Positions 1 through 7,047 of a stretch of DNA of 22,599 bases are shown in pieces. Source of the DNA: an uncultured Candidatus Saccharibacteria bacterium (GTDB lineage Bacteria; Patescibacteriota; Minisyncoccia; Phycocordibacterales; DATGWK01); contig CAYRZH010000008.1 of NCBI GenBank assembly GCA_964428845.1, positions 1 through 22,599 of the forward strand, read 5' to 3'. The notes below the pieces were generated by a model. That model was given only the letters and a program-made list of their open reading frames with translations, searched no databases and was not told where the DNA came from. Positions within the stretch are counted from its first letter, which is position 1; every line of letters starts with the position of its first letter. A program made the position numbers and the translations under genes.

Positions 1-253
1 CCTCGGGAAGATTTCTTGCCATGAGCCCAGCGTGAACTTCACGAGACAGTGTCACCACACGATGGCCCAAGATAGCTTCCCCACCCACCAATGTTGCGAC
101 ATCGGTAGCAGTAATTCCGGCAGTAGCAAGATGAGCCACTGTTCCACCCGAACCATAGAGCACAAAACCGAGTTCGATGAGACCCTGGGCAAAATCGATA
201 ATCCCCTGATCCTTATTGAAAACAGAAAGAAGCGCAACCTTTTGTCTGCTCAT
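1..253 (-). CDS. Partial CDS (start codon at 251-253, runs off window start): PurH-like N-terminal MGS-like / IMP cyclohydrolase domain
   Basis: Reverse-strand translation from ATG(251-253) gives MSRQKVALLSVFNKDQGIIDFAQGLIELGFVLYGSGGTVAHLATAGITATDVATLVGGEAILGHRVVTLSREVHAGLMARNLPE. The pattern ALLSV.DK.GI..FA..L...G..L.S(T)GGT...L and the later block resemble the N-terminal MGS-like domain of bifunctional PurH. The ORF table missed it because the window edge truncates it. AAGGA/GGAG lies upstream of the start on the minus strand. It could be a stand-alone MGS-like protein rather than true PurH. Confidence 0.5.
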   Translation of the reverse strand, partial: MSRQKVALLSVFNKDQGIIDFAQGLIELGFVLYGSGGTVAHLATAGITATDVATLVGGEAILGHRVVTLSREVHAGLMARNLPE

Positions 254-416
254 TTCCTTCACTCCCATTTCAACGATCACCGTAGGAAAGCCCTACGAGC
301 TTACGAGGGCCATACCCTCGATTGAATTCCGAGGTTAATACTATTCAGAACCAACCAAAAAGCAAGAAAAATCTTGAATTCAAGGTGTGATTCGGATATC
401 ATGAAGCACTATAAGA

Positions 417-498
417 GCCGAGGTGGCGAAATTGGCAGACGCACTTGCCTTAGGAGCAAGCGGGGTAACCCATGGAGGTTCAAGTCCTCTCCTCGGCA
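417..498 (+). tRNA. tRNA-Leu, anticodon TAG, long variable arm; CCA not encoded
   Basis: Cloverleaf folded by hand. Acceptor GCCGAGG(417-423) pairs with CCTCGGC(491-497), discriminator A498. D-stem GCG/CGC with a large D-loop (AAATTGGCAGA). Anticodon stem CTTGC/GCAAG with loop CTTAGGA, anticodon TAG at 451-453. 13-nt variable arm CGGGGTAACCCAT. T-arm GGAGG-TTCAAGT-CCTCT. The 3' flank is CAA, not CCA. Confidence 0.8.
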
Positions 499-536
499 CA
501 AGATTTTGGGCGTAAGAATCCCGTAGGAACTAGTTA

Positions 537-564
537 TTGACTTTTATAATTATCCTGATACAAT
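537..564 (+). promoter_or_regulatory. Candidate sigma70-type promoter (TTGACT-N16-TACAAT) upstream of the SPFH gene
   Basis: TTGACT at 537-542, 16-nt spacer, TACAAT at 559-564. Followed by a short hairpin GCGGGC-agatc-GCCCG (565-580) and an AAAAGGGG RBS before the GTG start at 622. Confidence 0.35.
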
Positions 565-621
565 GCGGGCAGATCGCCCGTTCTTCGACATAACCAACAC
601 CCAAACAAAAGGGGTATTAAC

Positions 622-1995
622 GTGTTCAAGTGGCTCACAAACTCATGGCCATGGAAATGGATCAAAACCCTTAGGAGAAAACAACCGCCGGCACCAGTGC
701 CTCCGGGCCCCTTGCCTTCAGTGACTGCGCCAGTAGCACCTGCCTCGGTAGTTCCGACATCGACTGTTCCTGCCGCCCCTTCTCCCGCACCTTCGGCAAC
801 TCCCGTTCCCTCCCCCGTTCCGACCTCGACAGGTGTTCCATTGGAAGATGACCCCCCGCCACAACCTTCACAGCCTTATTCTCTCGACTTTTTCTGGGAA
901 ATTGTGACCAAGACTTGTTTCGCACTTCTGGTTCTAGACGTTATCATCGGTGTACTTGTGGGACTGCTAACATCAGATCTTCAGACCGGTATAACCACCG
1001 GAGGTCTGATGCTTCTGTTCCAGATTATCTATGCCGTCCTAAGCATCAGAAAAATCGGGGAAAATGAGAATGGTGCACGCCTCTTTTTTGGCCGCCCGAT
1101 TAACAATCTGGTGTCCGGTCCAGCGTTTGTTCCTCTGCTTGTAATGAAGCTAATCAAAGCACCAAAAATCATCGTCCAGCTAGAGATCCCCACTGACCCG
1201 GAGTTCATCTATCGAGCTTCGACAGATGGGTCTCACATCCCCCAGGAATTGGTAGACGCCGGGTACAGGCCTCCGATCAGAACCACGTTCGCTAAGGACC
1301 CCAACTCCAATGAGCCGCTAAGGCAAGAGCTAACGGCAGAAGTTGTACCGGTTGTGCAACTTTTTGTTCACGATCTATGCATATTCCTCGGAACAATCGG
1401 TTCATTTGAGAAGTTGAGAAGACAGATAGAAGATACGTGTGTGGCATTTGCTAACCAACAGCTCGCGAGAAAGGTGCTAGCCGACGTTAGGAAGGATCTG
1501 GGGAATGAAAATGTTGCCCTGCGAACGGAAATCCGTAGGGCAATTGGAAACTGGGGCGTCACTCTGAAAACGGCACTAATCAAGGAGATTCGACTCTCCC
1601 ACGCTCTAAACACATCTATCCAGAGCGCTTCGGATGAAGCAGCAAAGGCCTTGGGAGCAATTATCAAGGCCAAAACACTCAAAGCGACAACCGAACTCGA
1701 AGGCCGAGGTAAGGGTGCTGCAGAGAGAGCGGTTCTGCGCGGAAGGACGACAGGGCTCAAGGACATGGCCAAGAGGCTCAAGGTCCCGATGCCGACAGTT
1801 CTTGGTGCAGAGGTCGCGAGGGATGTTGCAAAAAATCCAGGTCAAACAGTAATCCTGGGAGGAGAAGACGGTTTTGCCGATTTCGCAAAGATCGCAGCCG
1901 GAGTTGGAGGAGCGCTAAAGGGTATGGGAAAACCGAAATCCACTCCCCCCGCCTCCTCTATCACACCACCAACGACTCCCCCTTCGACAACGTGA
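622..1995 (+). CDS. SPFH/band-7 (stomatin/prohibitin/HflK-C-like) membrane protein with ~95-aa proline-rich N-terminal extension and P/T-rich C-terminal tail; GTG start
   Basis: GTG at 622 sits 8 nt after AAAAGGGG. The product has a Pro/Ala/Ser/Thr-rich N-terminus, then one or two TM helices (CFALLVLDVIIGVLVGLL...GGLMLLFQIIYAVLSI). It continues with an SPFH-like core (FFGRPINNLVSGPAFVPLLVMKLIKAPKIIVQLEIPTDPE ... IRRAIGNWGVTLKTALIKEIRLSHALNTSIQSASDEAAKALGAIIKAKTLKATTELEGRGKGAAERA), which matches the WG(I/V)xVxxVxIxDIxxP...AERxxxAxIxxAEGE pattern of band-7 proteins. C-terminus is PKSTPPASSITPPTTPPSTT. Confidence 0.7.
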   Translation: MFKWLTNSWPWKWIKTLRRKQPPAPVPPGPLPSVTAPVAPASVVPTSTVPAAPSPAPSATPVPSPVPTSTGVPLEDDPPPQPSQPYSLDFFWEIVTKTCFALLVLDVIIGVLVGLLTSDLQTGITTGGLMLLFQIIYAVLSIRKIGENENGARLFFGRPINNLVSGPAFVPLLVMKLIKAPKIIVQLEIPTDPEFIYRASTDGSHIPQELVDAGYRPPIRTTFAKDPNSNEPLRQELTAEVVPVVQLFVHDLCIFLGTIGSFEKLRRQIEDTCVAFANQQLARKVLADVRKDLGNENVALRTEIRRAIGNWGVTLKTALIKEIRLSHALNTSIQSASDEAAKALGAIIKAKTLKATTELEGRGKGAAERAVLRGRTTGLKDMAKRLKVPMPTVLGAEVARDVAKNPGQTVILGGEDGFADFAKIAAGVGGALKGMGKPKSTPPASSITPPTTPPSTT

Positions 1996-2022
1996 TGTGT
2001 TTCAAACTGTTCTTTGATCGAT

Positions 2023-2050
2023 CCCGGCCCGCGCTGGGGTCTTTTTTTAT
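2023..2050 (+). terminator. Rho-independent terminator after the SPFH gene
   Basis: CCCGGC(2023-2028)-ccgc-GCTGGG(2033-2038) stem with one G.U pair, followed by gtcTTTTTTTa. Confidence 0.55.
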
Positions 2051-2060
2051 CTCATGCTCC

Positions 2061-2088
2061 TTGACTTTTTTCTAAACAATGCTAATGT
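2061..2088 (+). promoter_or_regulatory. Candidate promoter TTGACT-N16-TAATGT for the 2140 gene
   Basis: TTGACT 2061-2066, TAATGT 2083-2088. GGGAG RBS at about 2126-2130 lies 9 nt before ATG 2140. Confidence 0.35.
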
Positions 2089-2139
2089 ATGCAAGGAAAC
2101 AAACATTGACATAAACAACTGTAACCGAGGGAGTATCGG

Positions 2140-3042
2140 ATGACATCAATCATTGGTCCGGTCGTAGTGGGAATTGTTCTTGGGTGTATTGTGATTCTTA
2201 TAAGAATCCTCGACAAACCGAAAGTGATGACAGATACGGATGGCAAGGTGAGGGCAACGCCAGTCAGTGCTCGTGGAGATGAACCAAAATCAGCACTGGA
2301 AAAGATGGCTGAAGGGTGGAATAAAATCAGGGCAAATATGAGGTTCCTCTACCCCGTGTTTGTTCTTGTTCCCTACTATCTGACAGCCATTGTCTTGTAT
2401 CACTACAAGTCAGTGCTATGGGAACCATGGCCGAAGAATCGTCTGCTCTTTTTCGTGCTCATCCCGGTAGCTCTTTTGATCCCAGTCGGGATTAGAGTAA
2501 CAACTCCTCCCGAAAAGAAGGGGAGAAGAAAACTACCGCTGGCGTTGAGCTTCGTGTTCCTTGGTTCTCTTGTCTACTTTGCCCTTGAGAAGTACTCGGA
2601 AACTGAATGGGGATCCCGGTACGTAGCAAGACTCGAAGACTCTTACGACAGACACCTCGCCACAAAAGCAGAGGCAACCAAACCCCCGCGCTGGCTATGG
2701 ACTAATACAGTGCCGACGGGTGTCAAGCTGAAGAGGGGGGCTGAACATTCTTCAGCCTCCCCACCCTATGTGGCACGGATTCTCGCCGATGACGATGTCC
2801 TTTTCGAGTTTGTCTACTTTTACCCACACAGCTTCGAGGCCAAGTTGCAAGTGGCCCACTTCAGGTGGCCTAAGGCATCTGACCCACTAAAGGGAACCTG
2901 GAGTAAAGTCAACCCGCCCGACAAGGGTGAATGGTACCTCGCACCAAACGGAGCTGGAAACGGCTACGTGGGTTGGTTCACTTCAGAGGATGCTGGGGGC
3001 GACAAGATCGTCATGTGGCTTTACCAGGACCCGGCGAAGTAG
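2140..3042 (+). CDS. Hypothetical integral membrane protein (about 4 TM helices plus ~150-aa C-terminal soluble domain)
   Basis: ORF with RBS. Hydrophobic helices: IIGPVVVGIVLGCIVILIRIL, FLYPVFVLVPYYLTAIVLY, LLFFVLIPVALLIPVGI, LALSFVFLGSLVYFAL. Then a hydrophilic C-terminal region (…GEWYLAPNGAGNGYVGWFTSEDAGGDKIVMWLYQDPAK). No family recognised. It sits directly after the SPFH gene, so an NfeD-like partner is possible but unproven. Confidence 0.55.
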   Translation: MTSIIGPVVVGIVLGCIVILIRILDKPKVMTDTDGKVRATPVSARGDEPKSALEKMAEGWNKIRANMRFLYPVFVLVPYYLTAIVLYHYKSVLWEPWPKNRLLFFVLIPVALLIPVGIRVTTPPEKKGRRKLPLALSFVFLGSLVYFALEKYSETEWGSRYVARLEDSYDRHLATKAEATKPPRWLWTNTVPTGVKLKRGAEHSSASPPYVARILADDDVLFEFVYFYPHSFEAKLQVAHFRWPKASDPLKGTWSKVNPPDKGEWYLAPNGAGNGYVGWFTSEDAGGDKIVMWLYQDPAK

Positions 3043-3073
3043 GTGAGGCAACAGTGCTAAGTTTGATCGCGAT

Positions 3074-3101
3074 GAGCGGGACCTGGTCCCGCTCTTTTTT
3101 T
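3074..3101 (+). terminator. Rho-independent terminator after the 2140..3042 gene
   Basis: GAGCGGGA(3074-3081)/TCCCGCTC(3087-3094) perfect 8-bp stem, loop cctgg, then TTTTTTT (3095-3101). Confidence 0.6.
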
Positions 3102-3156
3102 AATATAATAAACCCCGAGCTAGCTGGGGTGTGCGTTTTCGGCTCTCCTTCTGTCT

Positions 3157-3192
3157 GTTTTTTACAAAACAAAACTGCCCTCTTTAAGGCAG
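3157..3192 (-). terminator. Rho-independent terminator (minus strand) ending the pilin-like gene array
   Basis: On the minus strand: CTGCC-ttaaagag-GGCAG followed by TTTTGTTTTGTAAAAAA. Plus-strand coordinates: stem 3175-3179/3188-3192, U-tract 3157-3174. Located downstream of the stop at 3250. Confidence 0.5.
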
Positions 3193-3249
3193 CTTTGTCC
3201 TTGTCCTATTTTCCCACCAAGGATTCTCCGAGGATCTCTCTCCAAATAT

Positions 3250-3540
3250 TTACCTAAAAATCCAGCTCGGCAGACCAAACGACCCACCTGTCCCACTATC
3301 GATCCCGAACGTGCCAAGAATGATTTTTATAATCCCAAACACAGAGATCATAATGAACATCCCAATAATCCCCCACATTATATTGCGCTTACCCTTTTGC
3401 CGAGCATCTTCACTACCAGCATTACCGATAAACTGAACTAGCCCCCAGAAAAAGACGATGAGCGCAACCACAAACAGGAGACCAATGAGGGGATTGAGGA
3501 TAAATTTATTTATCCCAAAGAGAAGCTGGTTCAAATTCAA
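3250..3540 (-). CDS. VirB2/TrbC-like putative T4SS-type pilin paralog 1 (96 aa; lacks N-terminal signal peptide)
   Basis: Shares the conserved core of the array: LIGLLFVVALIVFFWGLVQFIGNAGSEDARQKGKRNIMWGIIGMFIMISVFGII. That is hydrophobic helix, then GxxExxRxKGK loop, then second hydrophobic helix. It starts directly at the mature-like N-terminus (NLNQLLFGINKFI) with no signal peptide. Confidence 0.6.
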   Translation of the reverse strand: MNLNQLLFGINKFILNPLIGLLFVVALIVFFWGLVQFIGNAGSEDARQKGKRNIMWGIIGMFIMISVFGIIKIILGTFGIDSGTGGSFGLPSWIFR

Positions 3541-3551
3541 ATTAGAGGTTG

Positions 3552-3905
3552 TTAACGATTAACACTAGGAATTGACTGGTTTGATGGTACGGTCCCTAAA
3601 TCGAGAGCCTCTTGAAGCCATCTCACAAGGCCCCAGACCGAGACTATGACAAAAAGGGCGACTATACCCCAGATCATGATGTGCTTGCCCTTGCCTCTCT
3701 CCTCTTCATCACCAGACGCAAGAATGAACTTTGCAAGACCCCAGAAGAAGTATAGGAGGGCGATAGCGCCAACAATTGGGATCAGAAGTTCAATAATGTT
3801 TCCAAAAGAATTCACTAGCTCTTCGAGATTCCCGAGTTGGGCATTGGCAACAGCCGGCAAGACAGTCATAAGAAGTAGAGCTCCTAAAATCAATGTTTTT
3901 TTCAT
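3552..3905 (-). CDS. VirB2/TrbC-like putative T4SS-type pilin paralog 2 (117 aa)
   Basis: Signal peptide MKKTLILGALLLMTVLPAVANA|Q. Then IIELLIPIVGAIALLYFFWGLAKFILASGDEEERGKGKHIMIWGIVALFVIVSVWGLV, a two-helix hairpin with a charged loop. Confidence 0.7.
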   Translation of the reverse strand: MKKTLILGALLLMTVLPAVANAQLGNLEELVNSFGNIIELLIPIVGAIALLYFFWGLAKFILASGDEEERGKGKHIMIWGIVALFVIVSVWGLVRWLQEALDLGTVPSNQSIPSVNR

Positions 3906-4010
3906 TTACTTTTCTTTTTAAATAATAATTACAAATATAAAGCGACCTTTTTTAATATTTTTACACCCACTAATGATACTACAACACAGAGCGGGTACAA
4001 TGTGTAGTTA

Positions 4011-4388
4011 TTAACAGTTTGCGGTACCTGGAGGGCAAAATGTCCCCGAAGGAAGAGTCATTGGTACGCTGTCTAGAAGAGCCTCTTGGATGAAGAAGAC
4101 AATACCCCATATCGAGACTATGACAAACAGGGCGGCTATACCCCAGACCATGATGTGCTTGCCCTCTTCCCTGGCTTTCTCGTCTCCGGCATGCAAGATA
4201 AGTTTTGCGAGGCCCCAGAAGAAATATAGGAGAGCGATGGCGGCGACAATTGGAATAAGCAGATCGATTATCTCTTTGGCTCCATTGATAAGTTCTTTTA
4301 TACCAGTAAAACCCTGGGCCAGAGCAACATTTGCCCAGAGAAGATAGAAAAATATGCTAAATACAATTTTTTTCATATTAAATTTCAC
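4011..4388 (-). CDS. VirB2/TrbC-like putative T4SS-type pilin paralog 3 (125 aa)
   Basis: Signal peptide …LWANVALA|QG. Core IIDLLIPIVAAIALLYFFWGLAKLILHAGDEKAREEGKHIMVWGIAALFVIVSIWGIV. C-terminal CPPGTANC Cys pair. About 85% nt identity to paralog 2 across the core, by eye. Confidence 0.7.
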   Translation of the reverse strand: MKFNMKKIVFSIFFYLLWANVALAQGFTGIKELINGAKEIIDLLIPIVAAIALLYFFWGLAKLILHAGDEKAREEGKHIMVWGIAALFVIVSIWGIVFFIQEALLDSVPMTLPSGTFCPPGTANC

Positions 4389-4776
4389 GTGTTGGTAAAC
4401 GCGGTATTCCTAAGTTGCTAAAACCAAATTCTCCCTGTAGAAACTCGATGATTCCCCACACGGAGACCAATACAAAAAGAGCAATAATCCCCCATTTCAT
4501 TATCTGCTTGCCCTCTTCTCTGGCTTTCTCGTCCCCGGCCCTCAAGATAAACTTTGCCAACCCCCAAAAAAATACAAGCAGAGCGATGCCTATCACAAGA
4601 GGGAGAGCAGAATAAATAAGATCAGTGAAGACCAAAAAAACATCACAAAGTGATTCGGGTGGAGTCCGGACAGCACAATCCGACGGGAAAGCAAAAGTTA
4701 AGGTTGGTAAAAAAAGAGTAAAGAGTATCACCAAAAAACGCGAACTAAAAAACACTATAGATTTCTTATTGATCAT
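4378..4776 (-). CDS. VirB2/TrbC-like putative T4SS-type pilin paralog 4 (132 aa)
   Basis: Signal peptide …LPTLTFA|F. Mature N-terminus contains a Cys pair (SDCAVRTPPESLC). Core LPLVIGIALLVFFWGLAKFILRAGDEKAREEGKQIMKWGIIALFVLVSVWGII. Overlaps paralog 3 by 11 nt. Confidence 0.7.
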   Translation of the reverse strand: MINKKSIVFFSSRFLVILFTLFLPTLTFAFPSDCAVRTPPESLCDVFLVFTDLIYSALPLVIGIALLVFFWGLAKFILRAGDEKAREEGKQIMKWGIIALFVLVSVWGIIEFLQGEFGFSNLGIPRLPTREI

Positions 4777-5189
4777 GATGGGATTGGAGAAGTCGGACTA
4801 CATATAGCAGGAGCGATTTGGCAGACTGTGTTCTGGATAGCGAGAGCAATAGCCCAAGCACCAAGAAGTACGGCCGCCCCGACTACTACCCACAGAAACG
4901 TATGCTTGGCTTTCTGGAGCTTGGTTTCATCACCCCCCGCGGTAACAAAAAGAAAACCAGAGTAGATTATGAAAAAAACGACAACGACGGCCCCGATCGG
5001 CAAAACAACATTCTCCAAAACTTCTTTTACAAAGGCGTAAATACTAGTTACGTTGTTTGCTAGAGGATTCTGAAGCTTCGGTGGGTCTCCGGCATTGTAT
5101 TGTCCCGGCTGTGCCAAGATAAGTGCGGCAGGAGACACAGCAAGAAGGAAAATACTTAGAGAGAAGAAAATGATCTTAAAGACTTTCAT
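4773..5189 (-). CDS. Divergent VirB2/TrbC-like pilin paralog 5 (138 aa)
   Basis: Signal peptide MKVFKIIFFSLSIFLLAVSPAALILA|QP. Core VLPIGAVVVVFFIIYSGFLFVTAGGDETKLQKAKHTFLWVVVGAAVLLGAWAIALAI. C-terminal CQIAPAIC Cys pair. Shares a 4-nt ATGA overlap with paralog 4. Confidence 0.65.
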   Translation of the reverse strand: MKVFKIIFFSLSIFLLAVSPAALILAQPGQYNAGDPPKLQNPLANNVTSIYAFVKEVLENVVLPIGAVVVVFFIIYSGFLFVTAGGDETKLQKAKHTFLWVVVGAAVLLGAWAIALAIQNTVCQIAPAICSPTSPIPS

Positions 5190-5283
5190 CGGGATAATTT
5201 TAACAAATACAAGCCACTACAGCAAAGGCTCAAAAGCTACAGAGAGTCGCCAGGAGCTTCTTTTGGATAGACCTCGGCAGGAC

Positions 5284-5733
5284 TTAGTTGAACCTCTCAA
5301 GCAAGTCGTAATAACTACAATTTGGATCGGCTGGGTCACAGAGAAGCGCGCTCGTAATCGTTCTTACTATGAGCCAGGCTGTGAGGACAAAGATAAAACC
5401 AATGAGAACTTTGGTAAATATCTCCTTGGCTTTTGAGACCTGCCCCGCATTCCCCGCCGCCGTAAGAAAAAGATAGCCTGCATAGGCAAAGGCTATGGCA
5501 GACAGGGGTATGGAGATCGAGATAAAGAAATTCATGATGTTGTGCGCCAGCCTAAGGAGCGCGGCAAAATCACACTTAAGACCCTTGCCATCGATACTCA
5601 CGCCATCACATGGAACAATAGGACCCGGTGACACACTTTGACCAAAGACGGTCGGAGCCACCATAAAAGCCAAAAGTACAACCGGAACAATGATCAGAAA
5701 AACTTTTCTTAAATTTATGATTTTATTTTTCAT
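5284..5733 (-). CDS. Divergent VirB2/TrbC-like pilin paralog 6 (149 aa)
   Basis: Signal peptide …LAFMVAPTVFG|QS. N-terminal CDGVSIDGKGLKC Cys pair. Core IPLSAIAFAYAGYLFLTAAGNAGQVSKAKEIFTKVLIGFIFVLTAWLIV. C-terminal CDPADPNC Cys pair. Overlapped 11 nt by the upstream SBP-like gene. Confidence 0.65.
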   Translation of the reverse strand: MKNKIINLRKVFLIIVPVVLLAFMVAPTVFGQSVSPGPIVPCDGVSIDGKGLKCDFAALLRLAHNIMNFFISISIPLSAIAFAYAGYLFLTAAGNAGQVSKAKEIFTKVLIGFIFVLTAWLIVRTITSALLCDPADPNCSYYDLLERFN

Positions 5734-7027
5734 TTAAAAGAAGATTGAGTTCAGAACTCGCCTTCGAGATTGCCTCTGTGGGCATAGCCCTTCCGCCAGT
5801 CACCGACTCTATCATTTCTCTAAACACATTTTCTGTTTTCGACACCTCTGGAGAAAGCCAGCCACGAGCCTGGATGGCACCATCGTAGAAAACCGAAGAA
5901 AAAGTACCGGTGGGCTTGTTCAGAAGAAGACTCCTGTGGACTGGCGGCAAGCCGGTAGCCTTGCTCAATTCGGCGATGGCCGCCGGGGTAGTCATGAGCA
6001 TCGCCGCCTTGAATGCGCCGATAATATTTTTTGAATTTTTGGGTACCGCAAGCCCGTTCATCCGGCCGAACGTAATGACCCGTGGTGAATCCTTGGATTG
6101 GAGTATAGGGGCTACGTCGAAGTTTAAATTGGGATTCTTCTGTCTCAAGTCTTCTGCTTCTGAAGCAAAACCGAAGTAAAGCGCTAGATTACCAGAAAGA
6201 AAGAAGCTTTTTGAGGATGGCAGCGAGCGGTTCCAAGAATAAAATGGTTTAAGTGGGTTTGAAAATTCGGTATAAAAACTTAGGGCTCTGATAGCTGGTG
6301 GTACTGGAAAGTTTAGCGGGCTGTTAAAAATATTATCGAAGGAATTGTTCTCCCTGCGAACCACGATGGGACTCCCCGCCTGCATAGTGAGAAGACTGAA
6401 AAGCTCCAAGGCATGAGTGACGTTCCCGTATTCACCGAGGGCAACCGCGCTTTCGGTGATATTTAGATTGTTATCTTTTTTGGTCAGTTTTTCCGATAGA
6501 TCGTATAGTTCACTCCAATTCTTGGGTGGGATACTGATACCTGCACTAGAAAAAGTATCTCTGTTCCAATACATAACCATCGGATCTACCGTAAAAGGCA
6601 GAGCTATGGCGCCATCGCTCTTGAGGTAGATTTCTCCTTCTTCTATAAAATTCTCTTTAAATTTCCTCTCCGAGTAGCTTTCAAAAGGAATTGTCACTAC
6701 TTTATCTTGATGTTTAACTATAGAATTTTCAGCCAGGAAGAAAAGGTCCGGACCACTTTGCGAGGCGAGCGCCTCGATGAAATCCTCATCGAACGTCGCT
6801 TCGTTCTTTTCTACGTATGCTATGGCAACAGTCTTATCTGAAGAAATCTTAGAATCTCGCAGAAACCTATCAAACCTCGCCTTCTCCATCGTGCCCCAGA
6901 CAACGACACTTCCAAAACTGTTGGACGGTCCACTTCTTCCCCCAAATGCAAAAATAAGAACTCCAATAACAATAAATACCGCGAAGGCTCCGATAAGCAC
7001 CCACTGGAAAATTGACATTTCTTTCAT
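5723..7027 (-). CDS. N-terminally TM-anchored extracellular solute-binding protein family-1-like (sugar-ABC SBP-like) protein; no cognate permease/ATPase in the window
   Basis: N-terminal anchor IFQWVLIGAFAVFIVIGVLIFAF. The motif MVMYWNRDTFSSAGISIPPKNWSELYDLSEKL resembles the MalE-type SBP signature (YNKDLF..AGL..PPKTWDEL). Length of 434 aa fits an SBP. Confidence 0.5.
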   Translation of the reverse strand: MKEMSIFQWVLIGAFAVFIVIGVLIFAFGGRSGPSNSFGSVVVWGTMEKARFDRFLRDSKISSDKTVAIAYVEKNEATFDEDFIEALASQSGPDLFFLAENSIVKHQDKVVTIPFESYSERKFKENFIEEGEIYLKSDGAIALPFTVDPMVMYWNRDTFSSAGISIPPKNWSELYDLSEKLTKKDNNLNITESAVALGEYGNVTHALELFSLLTMQAGSPIVVRRENNSFDNIFNSPLNFPVPPAIRALSFYTEFSNPLKPFYSWNRSLPSSKSFFLSGNLALYFGFASEAEDLRQKNPNLNFDVAPILQSKDSPRVITFGRMNGLAVPKNSKNIIGAFKAAMLMTTPAAIAELSKATGLPPVHRSLLLNKPTGTFSSVFYDGAIQARGWLSPEVSKTENVFREMIESVTGGRAMPTEAISKASSELNLLLNEK

Positions 7028-7047
7028 ACTTTTATTATATCTCTATT

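Noticed and set aside
32-325. 97-aa plus-strand ORF (and 52..237 minus)
   Set aside because: It is antisense or out of frame relative to the well-supported PurH-like CDS on the minus strand (1..253). No RBS and no recognisable domain.
375-386. cttgaattcaag palindrome upstream of tRNA-Leu
   Set aside because: A 12-bp palindrome centred on an EcoRI site. It is probably chance or part of the tRNA promoter; not enough context to assign a function.
1368-1852. Minus- and plus-strand ORFs inside the SPFH gene
   Set aside because: They overlap the SPFH reading frame, which has clear domain similarity. They are Ala/Ser/Arg-rich frameshift artefacts of a GC-rich region.
2931-3257. 108-aa plus-strand ORF spanning the 3042 stop and two terminators
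   Set aside because: It runs through the terminator hairpins and an intergenic region, with no RBS. It is out of frame with the 2140 gene.
3646-4807. Plus-strand ORFs (3646..3921, 4090..4347, 4415..4615, 4625..4807) antisense to the pilin-like genes
   Set aside because: Each is the mirror of a conserved minus-strand paralog. The minus-strand frames carry the signal peptides and the conserved core; the plus-strand products are low-complexity.
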